A stretch of 64,000 nucleotides of DNA. It comes from Candidatus Melainabacteria bacterium (lineage in GTDB: Bacteria > Cyanobacteriota > Vampirovibrionia > 2-02-FULL-35-15). Below are positions 1 to 10,400 of this stretch, piece by piece; position 1 is the first letter of the stretch, and each line of letters begins with the position of its first letter. The translations under genes and the position numbers were made by a program. The stretch is taken from NCBI GenBank assembly GCA_023250155.1, contig JAHFBG010000010.1, positions 17,832 through 81,831 of the forward strand, read 5' to 3'. The notes below the pieces were generated by a model. The model did no database searches. It was given only the letters and a program-made list of their open reading frames with translations, and was not told the DNA's origin.

Positions 1-2272
1 TATTTCCAACCATACCTGAAACAATTTTGTTGATTGTTGGAGTAGAAGCTAATCTAGACTTGGTTGAACGGTCAGTTCCTATATTTGAAAAATCAACGAA
101 GCTTATTATATTAATCTCTCCAATAAGCTTTAATCCGTTTGAAAGATTTAATGTTAGCTCAGCTTTACCAATAGATGTAAAATCTGGAATGTTAAGTGTA
201 ATGATTGCTTTGTTTTTAGTTTTGTTTTGAATTGCTGAATACTTTATACTTTCAACAATATGATTTTTAAAATCTTTTAAACTTACAGAAACTATATCAA
301 CATCTTTTGGAAGTTTTATTTGAAATGAAGGATTAGATCCTACATATGTAACTAGTATTGGAAGCTTATCTAAAGATAAACTATTTGTATTTTGAGGTGC
401 CGGTAATTCTAAGCTTTTAATAACTTCAAGTTTTTTGGATTGATTGAAGACCGGTGAAGGCTTAGTTTCACTTATTGGAACTGTTGATGTGTTAGAACTA
501 GTAACAGGTTCTTTAGTCGGTGAAGTTTGTGTTGTAGGAATAAGTGGTTGAGGTGTTTGAATTGGTGTTGGTGTCGGAGTTATAGTTGGAATAATAACAG
601 GCAATGATTCTACAGGTAAAGGTACTGGTAACTGTGGTGGTAAAGACAAAGGTATTTGAGGTGGAGATATTGGTATTGGTGAATAAGTCGTTATTGGAGG
701 AAGCGTTGGTACTGGAGAGACGATCGGTAATATAGCTGGGGCTGAAGTAGGAGGTGTGATTGGAATAGAAACTGGAGAAGATTGAGGCGGAGATGGGAGT
801 GGTAAACCATTACTACCTGAAGAGCTTGATGATGATGAGCTGGGTAATGTAATTGTGCTACCTGATGAGCTTGATGATGATGAACTGGGTAATATAATTG
901 TGCTACCTGATGAGCTTGATGATGATGAACTGGATAATGTAATTATGCTGCCTGAAGAGCTTGATGATGATGAACTGGATAATGTAATTGTACTACCTGA
1001 AGAGCTTGATGATGATGAGCTGGGTAATGCAATTGTGCTACCTGAAGAGCTTGATGATGAGCTTGGTAATAAAATTGTGCTACCTGAAGAACTTGATGAG
1101 CTTGATGATGATGTATTCAATATTTTCGTTGTAAGAGTTGCAACAATATTAATGTCTTTTATAGTTTGACCTCCTAAAACACTTACTATGAAGGCTTGCT
1201 CCTGACTTGAAGTTATAGGCTGATTAGAGCCAGTGTAATATCCCTTTGGAACTGGATTTTGAAAAGAGAGACTATTTGGATCGTTGGAGTATGGACCTAC
1301 ACTAGATCCGCCATAAAAAGTTTGATGTATAGGTTCAATTTCTATTCTATAATCTCCTGGTGGTACAGCAAATAAAGTAAATGAACCTGTTTTGTTTGTT
1401 AAAAAATCAGAGACGCAAGATATCGCTTCAGCTGTAGGGTTATTTATGTTTCTTGCAATAACATTTGCTCCTAAAACAGGATCTAAACCATTTTGCTTTA
1501 AAACTTTTCCTTGTATTATTCCTAAGTTATTTAATTGATCGGATTTGGGATACAGAAAAGATACTCCTGATATATCATCACGCTTAAGAGAAGACTTGTC
1601 GTTTACAGAAAATGGAAACATAAGAGGCACAGAGTCTTTTAACTCCTGACTAGCATCAGGCTTTAATGCTTCTAAGTTGATTTGTGAATGATCAAGTCCT
1701 ATAGCATGCCCAAATTCGTGTTTGATAGCAGATTTGTAAGCATTAGTACTTAGCTCTGGATTAAATACTGTATCTACTCCATCAATAAATCTTCCATTAA
1801 ACAAAGCTTGAGATTCAATTATTTTTAACTCTCCATTATCATTTGTAGCAAAGGCAGGAGCAGCAAAGCCAATGACTTGATTTCTTGAACCTAATCCTAA
1901 AAGAGCGTCGACTATTGAACCATTGTTATCAAATATAATTGGAGTAAAACCAAGCGGCTTTGGAGTAGCAATAATTGGTAAGAAAGTAATTAGATTTATA
2001 TCAAAAGGTAGTGAGCCAGGATTATCTCTGGTTAATTGTAATGTAGCCGTAGAAACGTTTTCCCATTCATCTAAAAGTGGTTCTATAAATGCAATTGCTT
2101 CCGAATTAGAAAATTTTCCAAGAGCACCAGGATCATATCTATATATTAATGGTGAATTACCATAAGTATAAAAACTGCCAGCATTGTCTAAAAACAATGG
2201 TCCACAGGCTTTCCCCTGCCATTGAGAAAGTAGAGTTGAAATCATTAGAATAATTATTGCTATACGTTTCAT
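1..2272 (-). CDS. Secreted matrixin/metzincin-type Zn metalloprotease with Ser-rich and Pro-rich linkers (3' end outside window; absent from the ORF track)
   Basis: Manual translation from ATG 2272 (ATGA overlap with the upstream stop): MKRIAIIILMISTLLSQWQGKA signal-like N-terminus. In-frame HEFGHAIGLDH (HExxHxxGxxH) at ~1688-1720. Same frame reads open at the window edge. Confidence 0.85.
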   Translation of the reverse strand, partial: MKRIAIIILMISTLLSQWQGKACGPLFLDNAGSFYTYGNSPLIYRYDPGALGKFSNSEAIAFIEPLLDEWENVSTATLQLTRDNPGSLPFDINLITFLPIIATPKPLGFTPIIFDNNGSIVDALLGLGSRNQVIGFAAPAFATNDNGELKIIESQALFNGRFIDGVDTVFNPELSTNAYKSAIKHEFGHAIGLDHSQINLEALKPDASQELKDSVPLMFPFSVNDKSSLKRDDISGVSFLYPKSDQLNNLGIIQGKVLKQNGLDPVLGANVIARNINNPTAEAISCVSDFLTNKTGSFTLFAVPPGDYRIEIEPIHQTFYGGSSVGPYSNDPNSLSFQNPVPKGYYTGSNQPITSSQEQAFIVSVLGGQTIKDINIVATLTTKILNTSSSSSSSSSGSTILLPSSSSSSSGSTIALPSSSSSSSSGSTITLSSSSSSSSSGSIITLSSSSSSSSSGSTIILPSSSSSSSSGSTITLPSSSSSSSSGSNGLPLPSPPQSSPVSIPITPPTSAPAILPIVSPVPTLPPITTYSPIPISPPQIPLSLPPQLPVPLPVESLPVIIPTITPTPTPIQTPQPLIPTTQTSPTKEPVTSSNTSTVPISETKPSPVFNQSKKLEVIKSLELPAPQNTNSLSLDKLPILVTYVGSNPSFQIKLPKDVDIVSVSLKDFKNHIVESIKYSAIQNKTKNKAIITLNIPDFTSIGKAELTLNLSNGLKLIGEINIISFVDFSNIGTDRSTKSRLASTPTINKIVSGMVGN
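813..1111. repeat. 45-bp coding tandem repeat (~6.5 units) encoding poly-Ser-GSTITLP linkers
   Basis: Unit CTACCTGA(A/T)GAGCTTGATGATGATGA(G/A)CTGG... recurs at 813, 858, 903, 948, 993, 1038 and 1080. Confidence 0.9.
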
Positions 2273-2946
2273 TGGTTTTTTACCAAATGTCTAACAGCGC
2301 TAACAAACTCTTTATACTTAATTGGTTTTCCTTGTTCTGAACATTCACTAATATAGTTATTAAGATAGCTATCAGTTTTTATTGATATTGTTCTTTGAGT
2401 TCTTAAGTTTCTATATAGTCCAATATTGTTTACACTGTTTTTAATATAGGTTACGCCTCTGTTGAGACCTTGCTTTTCTACTAAAAATGTACCTTGCTGA
2501 AAACCAGCTGGGCTAGTGAGTCCTAGAGTACTATCTGGATATAAAAAGACTATATATTTTTTATTTATGCTAAAACCTGCTGATTTGGTAGTTGGTTTCC
2601 ATTGCTTAAATGAAATTTGATCTTGACTTCCCACACCCTTTACACCATCTTCAATACTAAATGTATACTTAACAACTTCTAGGTGTGAAATTGGATCATC
2701 AATTATTTCTTCAATGCTTATGCAAGTTCCGGAAAATATTCTATCTGCAGAGTCTGTGACTTCTTCAAGGTTCATGGGCAATACATCAAAAACATATTTA
2801 TTTTGAAGTCTTATTATTGATGAGGGATTTCGTAGTGAGCTATTTGTTTCATCTACCTGAGCAAGGCAAGGTAACTGAAAATTAACAGAAATGATATTGA
2901 ATAAATAAAAGAGCATATATAACAATGTTTTTGTTGAAATTTGCAT
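2269..2946 (-). CDS. Hypothetical secreted protein, coupled to the metalloprotease gene
   Basis: 225-aa ORF with hydrophobic N-terminus; stop overlaps the next start (ATGA). Confidence 0.7.
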   Translation of the reverse strand: MQISTKTLLYMLFYLFNIISVNFQLPCLAQVDETNSSLRNPSSIIRLQNKYVFDVLPMNLEEVTDSADRIFSGTCISIEEIIDDPISHLEVVKYTFSIEDGVKGVGSQDQISFKQWKPTTKSAGFSINKKYIVFLYPDSTLGLTSPAGFQQGTFLVEKQGLNRGVTYIKNSVNNIGLYRNLRTQRTISIKTDSYLNNYISECSEQGKPIKYKEFVSAVRHLVKNQ

Positions 2947-3029
2947 GGTTTAAATTAAAGCTTGCAAAGATTAACAAATGCTTAAATATATTACGGTTTG
3001 TTACAGGTATTATTTTCTGATAATATTCT

Positions 3030-3590
3030 TTAAAGAAGCAAAAGCTTTCTCTCATTAGCATTCAGCTCTTTCCATTTTCCTGGTGACAAATTTCTTAATT
3101 GAAATTTTCCTATAGCTACACGTATAAGACGAAGTGTTGGAAACTCTACTGCTGCTGTCATTCGTCTGACCTGCCGATTTTTACCTTCTACTAAGCTTAT
3201 TTCTATCCAGCTTGTAGGTATGGATTTACGAAAACGAATGGGAACACTGCGTGGAGGATAGTCTGGTTCATTGAGTAGAATTGCTTTACAAGGTTTTGTT
3301 TTATAGCCTTGAATACTAACACCCTTTCTTAGCTTTTCAATTGCTTGTTCTGTTGCTATACCTTCTACTTGTACATGATATGTTTTTTCATGGGTATTTA
3401 ATGGGTTGAGAAGTTTGTCATTCCATTCTTTTTCATCACTTAAAAGAAGCAATCCTTCACTGTCTAAATCAAGCCTGCCTATAGGATAAATATCTTTGGG
3501 GAATCCAAATTTAGCTAGCGTATAATGCTCTGGTTTTTCTTTTGTAAACTGTGAAAGAACATTATAAGGTTTGTGAAAAACTATAATCAT
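3030..3590 (-). CDS. rluE: rRNA pseudouridine synthase, RsuA/RluE family
   Basis: FHKPY, GRLDLDSEGLLLL (catalytic Asp), EGKNRQVRRM, LRLIRVAIG; no S4 domain. Confidence 0.85.
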   Translation of the reverse strand: MIIVFHKPYNVLSQFTKEKPEHYTLAKFGFPKDIYPIGRLDLDSEGLLLLSDEKEWNDKLLNPLNTHEKTYHVQVEGIATEQAIEKLRKGVSIQGYKTKPCKAILLNEPDYPPRSVPIRFRKSIPTSWIEISLVEGKNRQVRRMTAAVEFPTLRLIRVAIGKFQLRNLSPGKWKELNANERKLLLL

Positions 3591-3661
3591 GTATATGATT
3601 TTATACTAGAAATGCTAAACTTGTTGTTAATTGAAACAGCTTATAAAACCAGGAGAATCAC

Positions 3662-3943
3662 ATGCCATTGAAAGTCACAAGATTAAATACCTTTACTCTA
3701 AATGATATTGTAACGGCAAGAGATACATTAAGAAGTAAACTTATTTCTAGCACCATTCAAAAAGATGAACAAGAAGACTTGCAAGTCTTAGAAGGAATCT
3801 GTGGAAGAGGAGATCTTATTACCGTCAATGAATTAGCTAAACATAGTTTAATAATTAGAGGACTACTTCAGGAATCTTTAACACCACCTGAGAAAGATGA
3901 GTTTCAAGAAATATTTCACCAATGGTGTAAGTTCGGTAGATAG
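3662..3943 (+). CDS. Hypothetical protein
   Basis: 93-aa ORF preceded by AGGAG RBS. Confidence 0.65.
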   Translation: MPLKVTRLNTFTLNDIVTARDTLRSKLISSTIQKDEQEDLQVLEGICGRGDLITVNELAKHSLIIRGLLQESLTPPEKDEFQEIFHQWCKFGR

Positions 3944-3945
3944 AT

Positions 3946-4713
3946 TTACTGTTCTATATGCAGCTTTATAAATCTAAGTTGCTCTAATTCTTTAGTGAAA
4001 AAAGGAAGTGTTACTTCTTGGCTTTCAGTTAAAGGACTTTTAGTACTTACTTCTAACTTCTTTCCACCATCTAGACCTTTAAAAACTAATTCATTTAATT
4101 CAATAGATTTTTCAAGTTCTTCAGATTTTGCTGAAGATGGTGTGTCTGACAGAAGCACAGGAGAATATATTTCCCACTTGCTAAAGTCTTTATTCGGTAC
4201 ATATCGTGTATGTCCATGAACAATATATAGCAAACCATCTTTCCCTCTTGTTACTCCCCATTGTAGAGCAAGAGGCAAATTGTTATTTCCATTTTTTAAA
4301 ATCTCAGGTTGTACAAAAGTATCGTCAGAATATAAGATTGTTTTAGCTTCAATATTACTAGATCCCTGATAATACATTCCTAAAGATTCAAGATCTATTA
4401 CTGCAGGCTTATTACCAGAAATTGTTGCTGTTAAACCTAGTGTATTTAATTGAGCTAATCTAAACATAGATACTGCAAATTTATTACCACTTAGTACTTG
4501 TTGAACTGCTTCATTAGCAAATTGATTAGTTATCATATTTTCTGGTTTCTCAAATATGCTAAGTTTTTCCAACTCATCATCTTCAAACTTTACATCAGGG
4601 CTTGCTTTAAGTTTATCAATAGCTTTCCCTTTATTAACTAGTGCTTTAAATACTTGTGTTGCATTAATACCCTGAATTGGATTTAATAAATTTATTGTGG
4701 GGACCTGACTCAT
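3946..4713 (-). CDS. Hypothetical protein
   Basis: 255-aa ORF with AAGGAG RBS; no recognised motif. Confidence 0.7.
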   Translation of the reverse strand: MSQVPTINLLNPIQGINATQVFKALVNKGKAIDKLKASPDVKFEDDELEKLSIFEKPENMITNQFANEAVQQVLSGNKFAVSMFRLAQLNTLGLTATISGNKPAVIDLESLGMYYQGSSNIEAKTILYSDDTFVQPEILKNGNNNLPLALQWGVTRGKDGLLYIVHGHTRYVPNKDFSKWEIYSPVLLSDTPSSAKSEELEKSIELNELVFKGLDGGKKLEVSTKSPLTESQEVTLPFFTKELEQLRFIKLHIEQ

Positions 4714-4909
4714 ATTTATCTCCTTATATTTATAGTGGAAACTTATTATAAGAGTTTTTTCATTTATTAATCAAGTCTTGACTGTCTTTGACTATAAGTT
4801 AAAACCTTAGATCATCCTTTTGAATATCCTAACGGATGATATATTTCAGCTATAAAAGTTAGAGAATTAAGTTGTGGCTTTAACTTTAATGACTAAATAA
4901 GGTGAAACA

Positions 4910-5398
4910 ATGACAAATGAAAGTTTAGTTAAAAATGAAACAAGTATCAAGGCATATTTTGAAGAAGATCATGACAGGCTGGATGAGTTATTTAAGAACT
5001 TTCAAAAATTTAAATTGTTAGACTACCCAAAAGCTAAAGAGTATTTTAAAGAGTTTAAGCATGGATTACAAAGGCATATTATTTGGGAGGAAGATATTTT
5101 ATTTCCTGTATTTGAAAAGAAATCAAATATCCCAAATGGCCCTACACATGTTATGAGAATGGAGCATAGACAAATAAAAGAATCTCTTGAAGCCATTCAT
5201 GATAAAGTCAAGAAACAAGATCCAAACAGTAATGACGATGAAGAAAAGCTTTTATCGATTTTAAAATCCCACAATATGAAGGAAGAAGGTATTTTATATC
5301 CAGCTATTGATAGTTTAATAGATGAAACAGAAAAGAAATCGATATTTCTTTCGATGAGAAATATTCCACAAGAACGTTTTGAAAAGTGTTGTGGATAG
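4910..5398 (+). CDS. Hemerythrin (HHE) domain protein
   Basis: DHDRLD, HIIWEEDILFP, MRMEHRQI and HNMKEEGILYP metal-ligand pattern. Confidence 0.85.
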   Translation: MTNESLVKNETSIKAYFEEDHDRLDELFKNFQKFKLLDYPKAKEYFKEFKHGLQRHIIWEEDILFPVFEKKSNIPNGPTHVMRMEHRQIKESLEAIHDKVKKQDPNSNDDEEKLLSILKSHNMKEEGILYPAIDSLIDETEKKSIFLSMRNIPQERFEKCCG

Positions 5399-5444
5399 TT
5401 TAAAATAGCTTAGATAATAATTGCTTGGTATAATTAAAAGCATT

Positions 5445-6059
5445 ATGAAAGAGATCTTAGAAAACATCTGGACGTGGTCAATGTTCTCAGAAGAAAAAGG
5501 ATATAACTTTAATGGTTACTTAATTTCTGATGGGAAGAAAAATGTTTTAATTGATCCTGTTAGGCAAAATGATGAAGATTTCAATTTTATTAAAAAGAAA
5601 GCTCCTTATGAAGCTATTTATTTAACCAATAAAGATCATTTAAGAGATTCAAAAAATCTAAAGACAAAATTAAATACTTCTATATGGATTCATGAAGAAG
5701 ATAAGCAGTATTTAGAAAATGATGTGGATTGTACATTTAAAGATGGAGATAAACTTACCTGTGAAATAGAAGTAATTCATCTAAATAATCAAAAATCTCC
5801 CGGAGAATGTGCTTTTTATCTACCAAGTAGAAAGGTTTTAATTTTAGGTGATGCTTTAATTGGATTTCCATCGGGAAGTTTAAAACTACTACCAAAAGAA
5901 AAATATAAGGATATCAAGAACACAATTAAGAGCCTTGAAAGGCTTGTATCACTATCCTTTGATACATTGCTATTAGGCGATGGTGAATCTATTTTAGAAG
6001 GTGCTAAAGAGAAGACAATTCACTTTCTACAAAATTATTTGTCCGTAATTTCTAAGTAA
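5445..6059 (+). CDS. Metallo-beta-lactamase-fold protein
   Basis: VLIDP, LTNKDHLRD (degenerate HxHxDH), SPGE, ILGDAL; ATG 5445 follows TGGTATAAT. Confidence 0.75.
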   Translation: MKEILENIWTWSMFSEEKGYNFNGYLISDGKKNVLIDPVRQNDEDFNFIKKKAPYEAIYLTNKDHLRDSKNLKTKLNTSIWIHEEDKQYLENDVDCTFKDGDKLTCEIEVIHLNNQKSPGECAFYLPSRKVLILGDALIGFPSGSLKLLPKEKYKDIKNTIKSLERLVSLSFDTLLLGDGESILEGAKEKTIHFLQNYLSVISK

Positions 6060-6089
6060 TATCAATCTGCTGAAATAATATTATATTTT

Positions 6090-6170
6090 CCTGCCTTTCC
6101 GCAGACAAACTTTTCTGTTTGTTTCGCTAAGCTCAACAGCCCAGAAAAGTGTCTGCTGGGCGCGGAACAT
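6090..6170. repeat. GC-rich long hairpin / REP-like structured element
   Basis: GCAGACAAACTTTTCTG ... CAGAAAAGTGTCTGC inverted repeat enclosing GTTTCGCTAAGCTCAAC. Confidence 0.55.
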
Positions 6171-6210
6171 AGTAAGCTTTATTGCGCAGATTGGTATAAT
6201 AATGGCATCT

Positions 6211-7458
6211 ATGAAAATTGCAATTATAGGCGGTGGTGCAGCAGGGTTAATGGCAGCAGCAACATTGATTGAAGAAAATATTAATGCAGAGATTTATCTC
6301 TTTGAAAAAAATGACGTACTTGGTAAAAAGGTTTCAATTAGTGGTGGTGGAAGGTGCAATGTAACTACAGGAATTACTGATAAAAATGAATTGCTATCAA
6401 AATACATAAGAGGTAGCAAGTTTTTAACTCCAGCATTATCAGCTTTTTCTCCTAAAGATGTAATGGATTGGTTCCAAGTAAATAGAGTGCCACTCAAAAT
6501 TGAAAAAGATTTAAGAGTATTTCCAAAATCAGATATTGGCAGTGATGTGGTAAATCTTTTTTATAATATTTTAATAGAAAGTAATAAGATAAAATTTTGT
6601 CTTTCAGAAACCGTAAAAGAGGTAAAGTCTTTAAAAGAACAATTTACAGTAGTAACAAATAAGCAAGAATATGATTTTGATATTGTAGTTATTACAAGTG
6701 GTGGAAACGCTTATAAACACACAGGATCTACAGGAGATGGATATGACTTTGCTAAAGCTTGTGGACATACTATTACAAAACTTGGACCTTCTCTAAATAG
6801 CTTTGAAGTACAAGAAAATTGGATTAAAAGATTGTCAGGATTAAGCTTTCCTAATGCTAAATTAGCTTTTACATTAGATGGAGAAAAGAAGAATGAAGTT
6901 ATTGGTCCACTCTTATGTACTCATTTTGGAATCTCAGGTCCTGTTGTTTTTGCACTATCTGCTCACTTAGCTTTTGTAGAAATCTCAAAACAGGTTCCAA
7001 AAAAAATAAAACTAAATCCTTTAGCTAATTATAATTTTGATGATTATGAGAAAACGCTTGTGGCTTTAATTTCAAACAATGGTGCTAAGCTCATCCTAAA
7101 CACTCTTTCAGAATTATTACCAAAGAGCTTTGTTGACGAATTATTAATAATGGCTAATATTCCAAAGGATAAAAAATCTGCAGAAGTTTCAAAGAAAGAA
7201 AGAAATAAGATCTGTGATTTACTGTCTTCTAATATTGAACTAACTTTAATATCAAGAAGAAAAGGAGATGAGTTTGTAACTGCAGGAGGTGTTGAGCTAT
7301 CTGAGATAAACAATAAAACCATGCAATCAAAATTAAATCCTAACCTTTATCTTGCAGGTGAGGTTTTAAATGTAGATGGACTTACAGGAGGCTTTAATCT
7401 TCAGTCTGCATGGGCTACTGGCAGATTAGCAGGGATTGGTATAGCAAAAAGATTATAG
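6211..7458 (+). CDS. HI0933/YhiN/BaiN-family flavoprotein
   Basis: IAIIGGGAAGLMAA, GKKVSISGGGRCNVT, TGSTGDGY, VTAGGV, GEVLNVDGLTGGFNLQSAWATG. Alternative start 6202. Confidence 0.92.
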   Translation: MKIAIIGGGAAGLMAAATLIEENINAEIYLFEKNDVLGKKVSISGGGRCNVTTGITDKNELLSKYIRGSKFLTPALSAFSPKDVMDWFQVNRVPLKIEKDLRVFPKSDIGSDVVNLFYNILIESNKIKFCLSETVKEVKSLKEQFTVVTNKQEYDFDIVVITSGGNAYKHTGSTGDGYDFAKACGHTITKLGPSLNSFEVQENWIKRLSGLSFPNAKLAFTLDGEKKNEVIGPLLCTHFGISGPVVFALSAHLAFVEISKQVPKKIKLNPLANYNFDDYEKTLVALISNNGAKLILNTLSELLPKSFVDELLIMANIPKDKKSAEVSKKERNKICDLLSSNIELTLISRRKGDEFVTAGGVELSEINNKTMQSKLNPNLYLAGEVLNVDGLTGGFNLQSAWATGRLAGIGIAKRL

Positions 7459-7459
7459 A

Positions 7460-10400
7460 TTAACGTGATTTCTTCTTCTTTTTCTTAGCTCTTTGCGGAA
7501 CTTCAATTAGCTTAACAGTTCGTCCATAAGGATTTGTTATAACGAGTACAAATTCTCCTTTTATATTCTTATCTAGAATTGTGAAAAGGACATTTGCTTT
7601 TCTTCTACCTTTTCCAATGAATCGTTTTTTAAAGACTAGATTTTCACTTGGAATAATTTCAAATATTGTTTGTGCTACTTTTTTTCTAATTTTCTTGCGC
7701 TTATTTACCAGTACTCGTTTAGCTCTAAAGAAGTTGCCTCCTCTCATTTTTACTCTTAGTCTCTTCTTTTTCCTGAATACTTTTATTTGTTCAATTACTG
7801 GTTGTAAGGTATTTAATGGTTTATTTACAACGCTTATAGGAGAAGTAGAATCAATTCTTGGTTTAACTACAGAGACAACTGTTTGAGCTACAGGAGCATC
7901 ACCAACTAGTATAACCAAGTTTAAAAGAGCTGTATCAGTCAGGTCTTCTGGAACTAAATCAGTGATAAGCAGTGGAGAATCTTCTGCCCCAGGTGGTAAG
8001 TAAACAGATGCTTGTACTTTATGAATTTTTCCAGCATTATCAGTTATTTGTACAAAGATATTTTGATTTGTATTGGTAATCAAATCTTTAATGTTACCAG
8101 TTAGGTTTCTTAAAAATATTGCATTTTCTGATCCAGCTATCAATTGGCTACTATCAAAGGTGCTAACCATTGTGCCATTAACAATATTTGGTACTGATAT
8201 AGGTTCTGAAGAAACAACAGGAATATTTTCTACTACAGGTGGAGGTGGATTTGGAGCTGGTGGATTTGATATAGGATTAGTTGGTGGAGTAGGATTTACC
8301 ACTACTGTACCACTACTGCTTGAGACTCCACCTAATGTATTTAAACCTGTACCTCCTCCTGATGAAGTGGTTGAAGTATTGGTGACTGGACCAGGACTTG
8401 CTGGTGGACTTAATACTGGGAGCAATGAAACTATAAATGTACCGATACTATCTTTTAACTCTATTATTGTTGAAGGAGTCGTATTAGCACTTGGTATAAC
8501 TTCATCATCAATGGTAAACCATAAATTTCTATCTGGTCCCGAAGTAATATCATTTGGAGTACTAAATTTCTTGGGGAGATTATAAGTAGTAATATCTCCA
8601 TTGAGTGAAACCTTTCCTAAGCCATCGTTATTCTTGCCTTTAATAGTAAACCAAATATTCCCATCGGGTCCTACTGTTATACGATTTGGCAAACCAGAAT
8701 CTATAGGAAGATTAAACTCAATAACACTTCCATCAATTGCAATCTTACCTATTTTTTTAGCACCAGATTCTATAAACCAAAGATTGTTATCTGGTCCAAG
8801 AGTAAGATCGCTTGGCAAGCTTGATATTGTAGGAATATCAAATTCTGCAACTCTTCCATCTATTGCAATTTTTCCGATTTTATTTTTGCTTGATTCAGTA
8901 AACCAAATATCCCCATCAGGTCCTAGCGAAAGATAAGCAGGCACATCTGGGACATCAAACTCAGTAATTCTCCCATCTATTGCAACCGTTCCAATTTTTT
9001 TAGCAGTTTCACCAAACCAAAGATTCCCATCTGACCCTGTTGCAATATCTGTCGTAGTAGAAGAGACATCTAATTCTGTAATCATGCCATCAGAAGAAAT
9101 CTTTCCAACTTTATTTTTCAACTTTTCAGTAAACCAAATATTTCCATCAAATGCTGTTGTGATATTAAGTGGACCACTATCATTTTGTGGCAGATCATAT
9201 TCTGTGATTTGTCCATTAATAGAAGCTTGTCCAATTTTATTTTTTCCTACTTCAGTAAACCAAAGGCTGCCATCTAGTCCTTTTGTTATACCAAAGGGAT
9301 TGCTTGCAACTGTTGGAATATCATGTTTTTGTAGTATTGGACCACTCAATAAGCCTGATGACGATGATGATAAAACAACGACAACAGGTGGAACAAACTT
9401 ACAAGCAAATGAAGCTCTACCTATAACATTTGTAGAAGGTTCTGTAAACCACAAATCATTGTCAGGTCCAAAAGCAAGTGAAGATGGTTTAGTAAAGTTG
9501 GTTGTTGGTGCATATTTAAAGAAGTCCCCATCTGTAGTGAGTCTCCATATCCTGCTCTTATTTTTTTGAGTTTTCTCAGTAAACCAAAGACTACCATCAG
9601 GTCCTGTGATTATATTTGCAGGAGAGCAATCAGCAGGAATCTTATACTCAGTAATATTTCCATTATTAGAATCGATTTTTCCAATTCTGTTTCCATCTTT
9701 CTCAGTAAACCAAACATTATCATCAAGTCCAAGGGCTATACCATAAGGACTGCTGTCCTGTGTAGGAATTTTATATTCAACAACGCTACCATCTCTTGTA
9801 ATTCTTCCTATTTTGTTTGCATCAAATTCGGTAAACCATATATCCCCACTGGGTCCAGCTACTATGCCATATGGATTGCTATCTTGTGTAGGTATTTTAT
9901 ATTCTATTATGTCTGAAAAAGTAGGGGCTCCAAGAATGGGTTGCAATGATTGCTGAACAATAATCTTTCCAATCTTATTTCCATCTCTCTCTGTAAACCA
10001 AATATTTCCATCAGGTCCACTAGTTATACCTATAGGTTTACTTTTTAGTGTAGGAATTTTATACTCAGTAAAATCACCGTCTTTTGTAATTCTTCCTATT
10101 TTGTTTGCATCAAATTCAGTAAACCATATATTGTTATCAGAGCCTACTGTTAAGTTAAACGGATAACTGCCTTGTGTAGGAACTTTATATTCAGTAATAT
10201 CTCCATTGTCTGCGATTTTCCCGATTTGATTTCTTCCAGCTTCTGTAAACCACAAATTTCCATCAGAACCTAAAATAATATTTAATGGGTTACTTGCAGA
10301 TTTTAATTCAAATTTCTGAGTTTTATTTATTGGGCATTGTCCAGAAATATCTTCTTCCGGTGAACCTGAAGAGCTTGAAGATGAGCTCGAGGAACTACTT

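Noticed and set aside
813-1111. Tandem repeat as a CRISPR array
   Set aside because: No unique spacers, codon-multiple period within a CDS, and no cas genes.
855-1169. Plus-strand acidic repeat ORF (LPDELDDDEL)
   Set aside because: Antisense shadow of the poly-Ser repeat in the minus-strand protease gene.
6115-6145. Hammerhead ribozyme (CTGTTGA...GAAA on the minus strand)
   Set aside because: Core deviates from CUGANGA, and I could not build stems I and III with a cleavage triplet.
7581-9916. Several plus-strand ORFs
   Set aside because: Antisense to the 2074-aa gene with no independent motifs.
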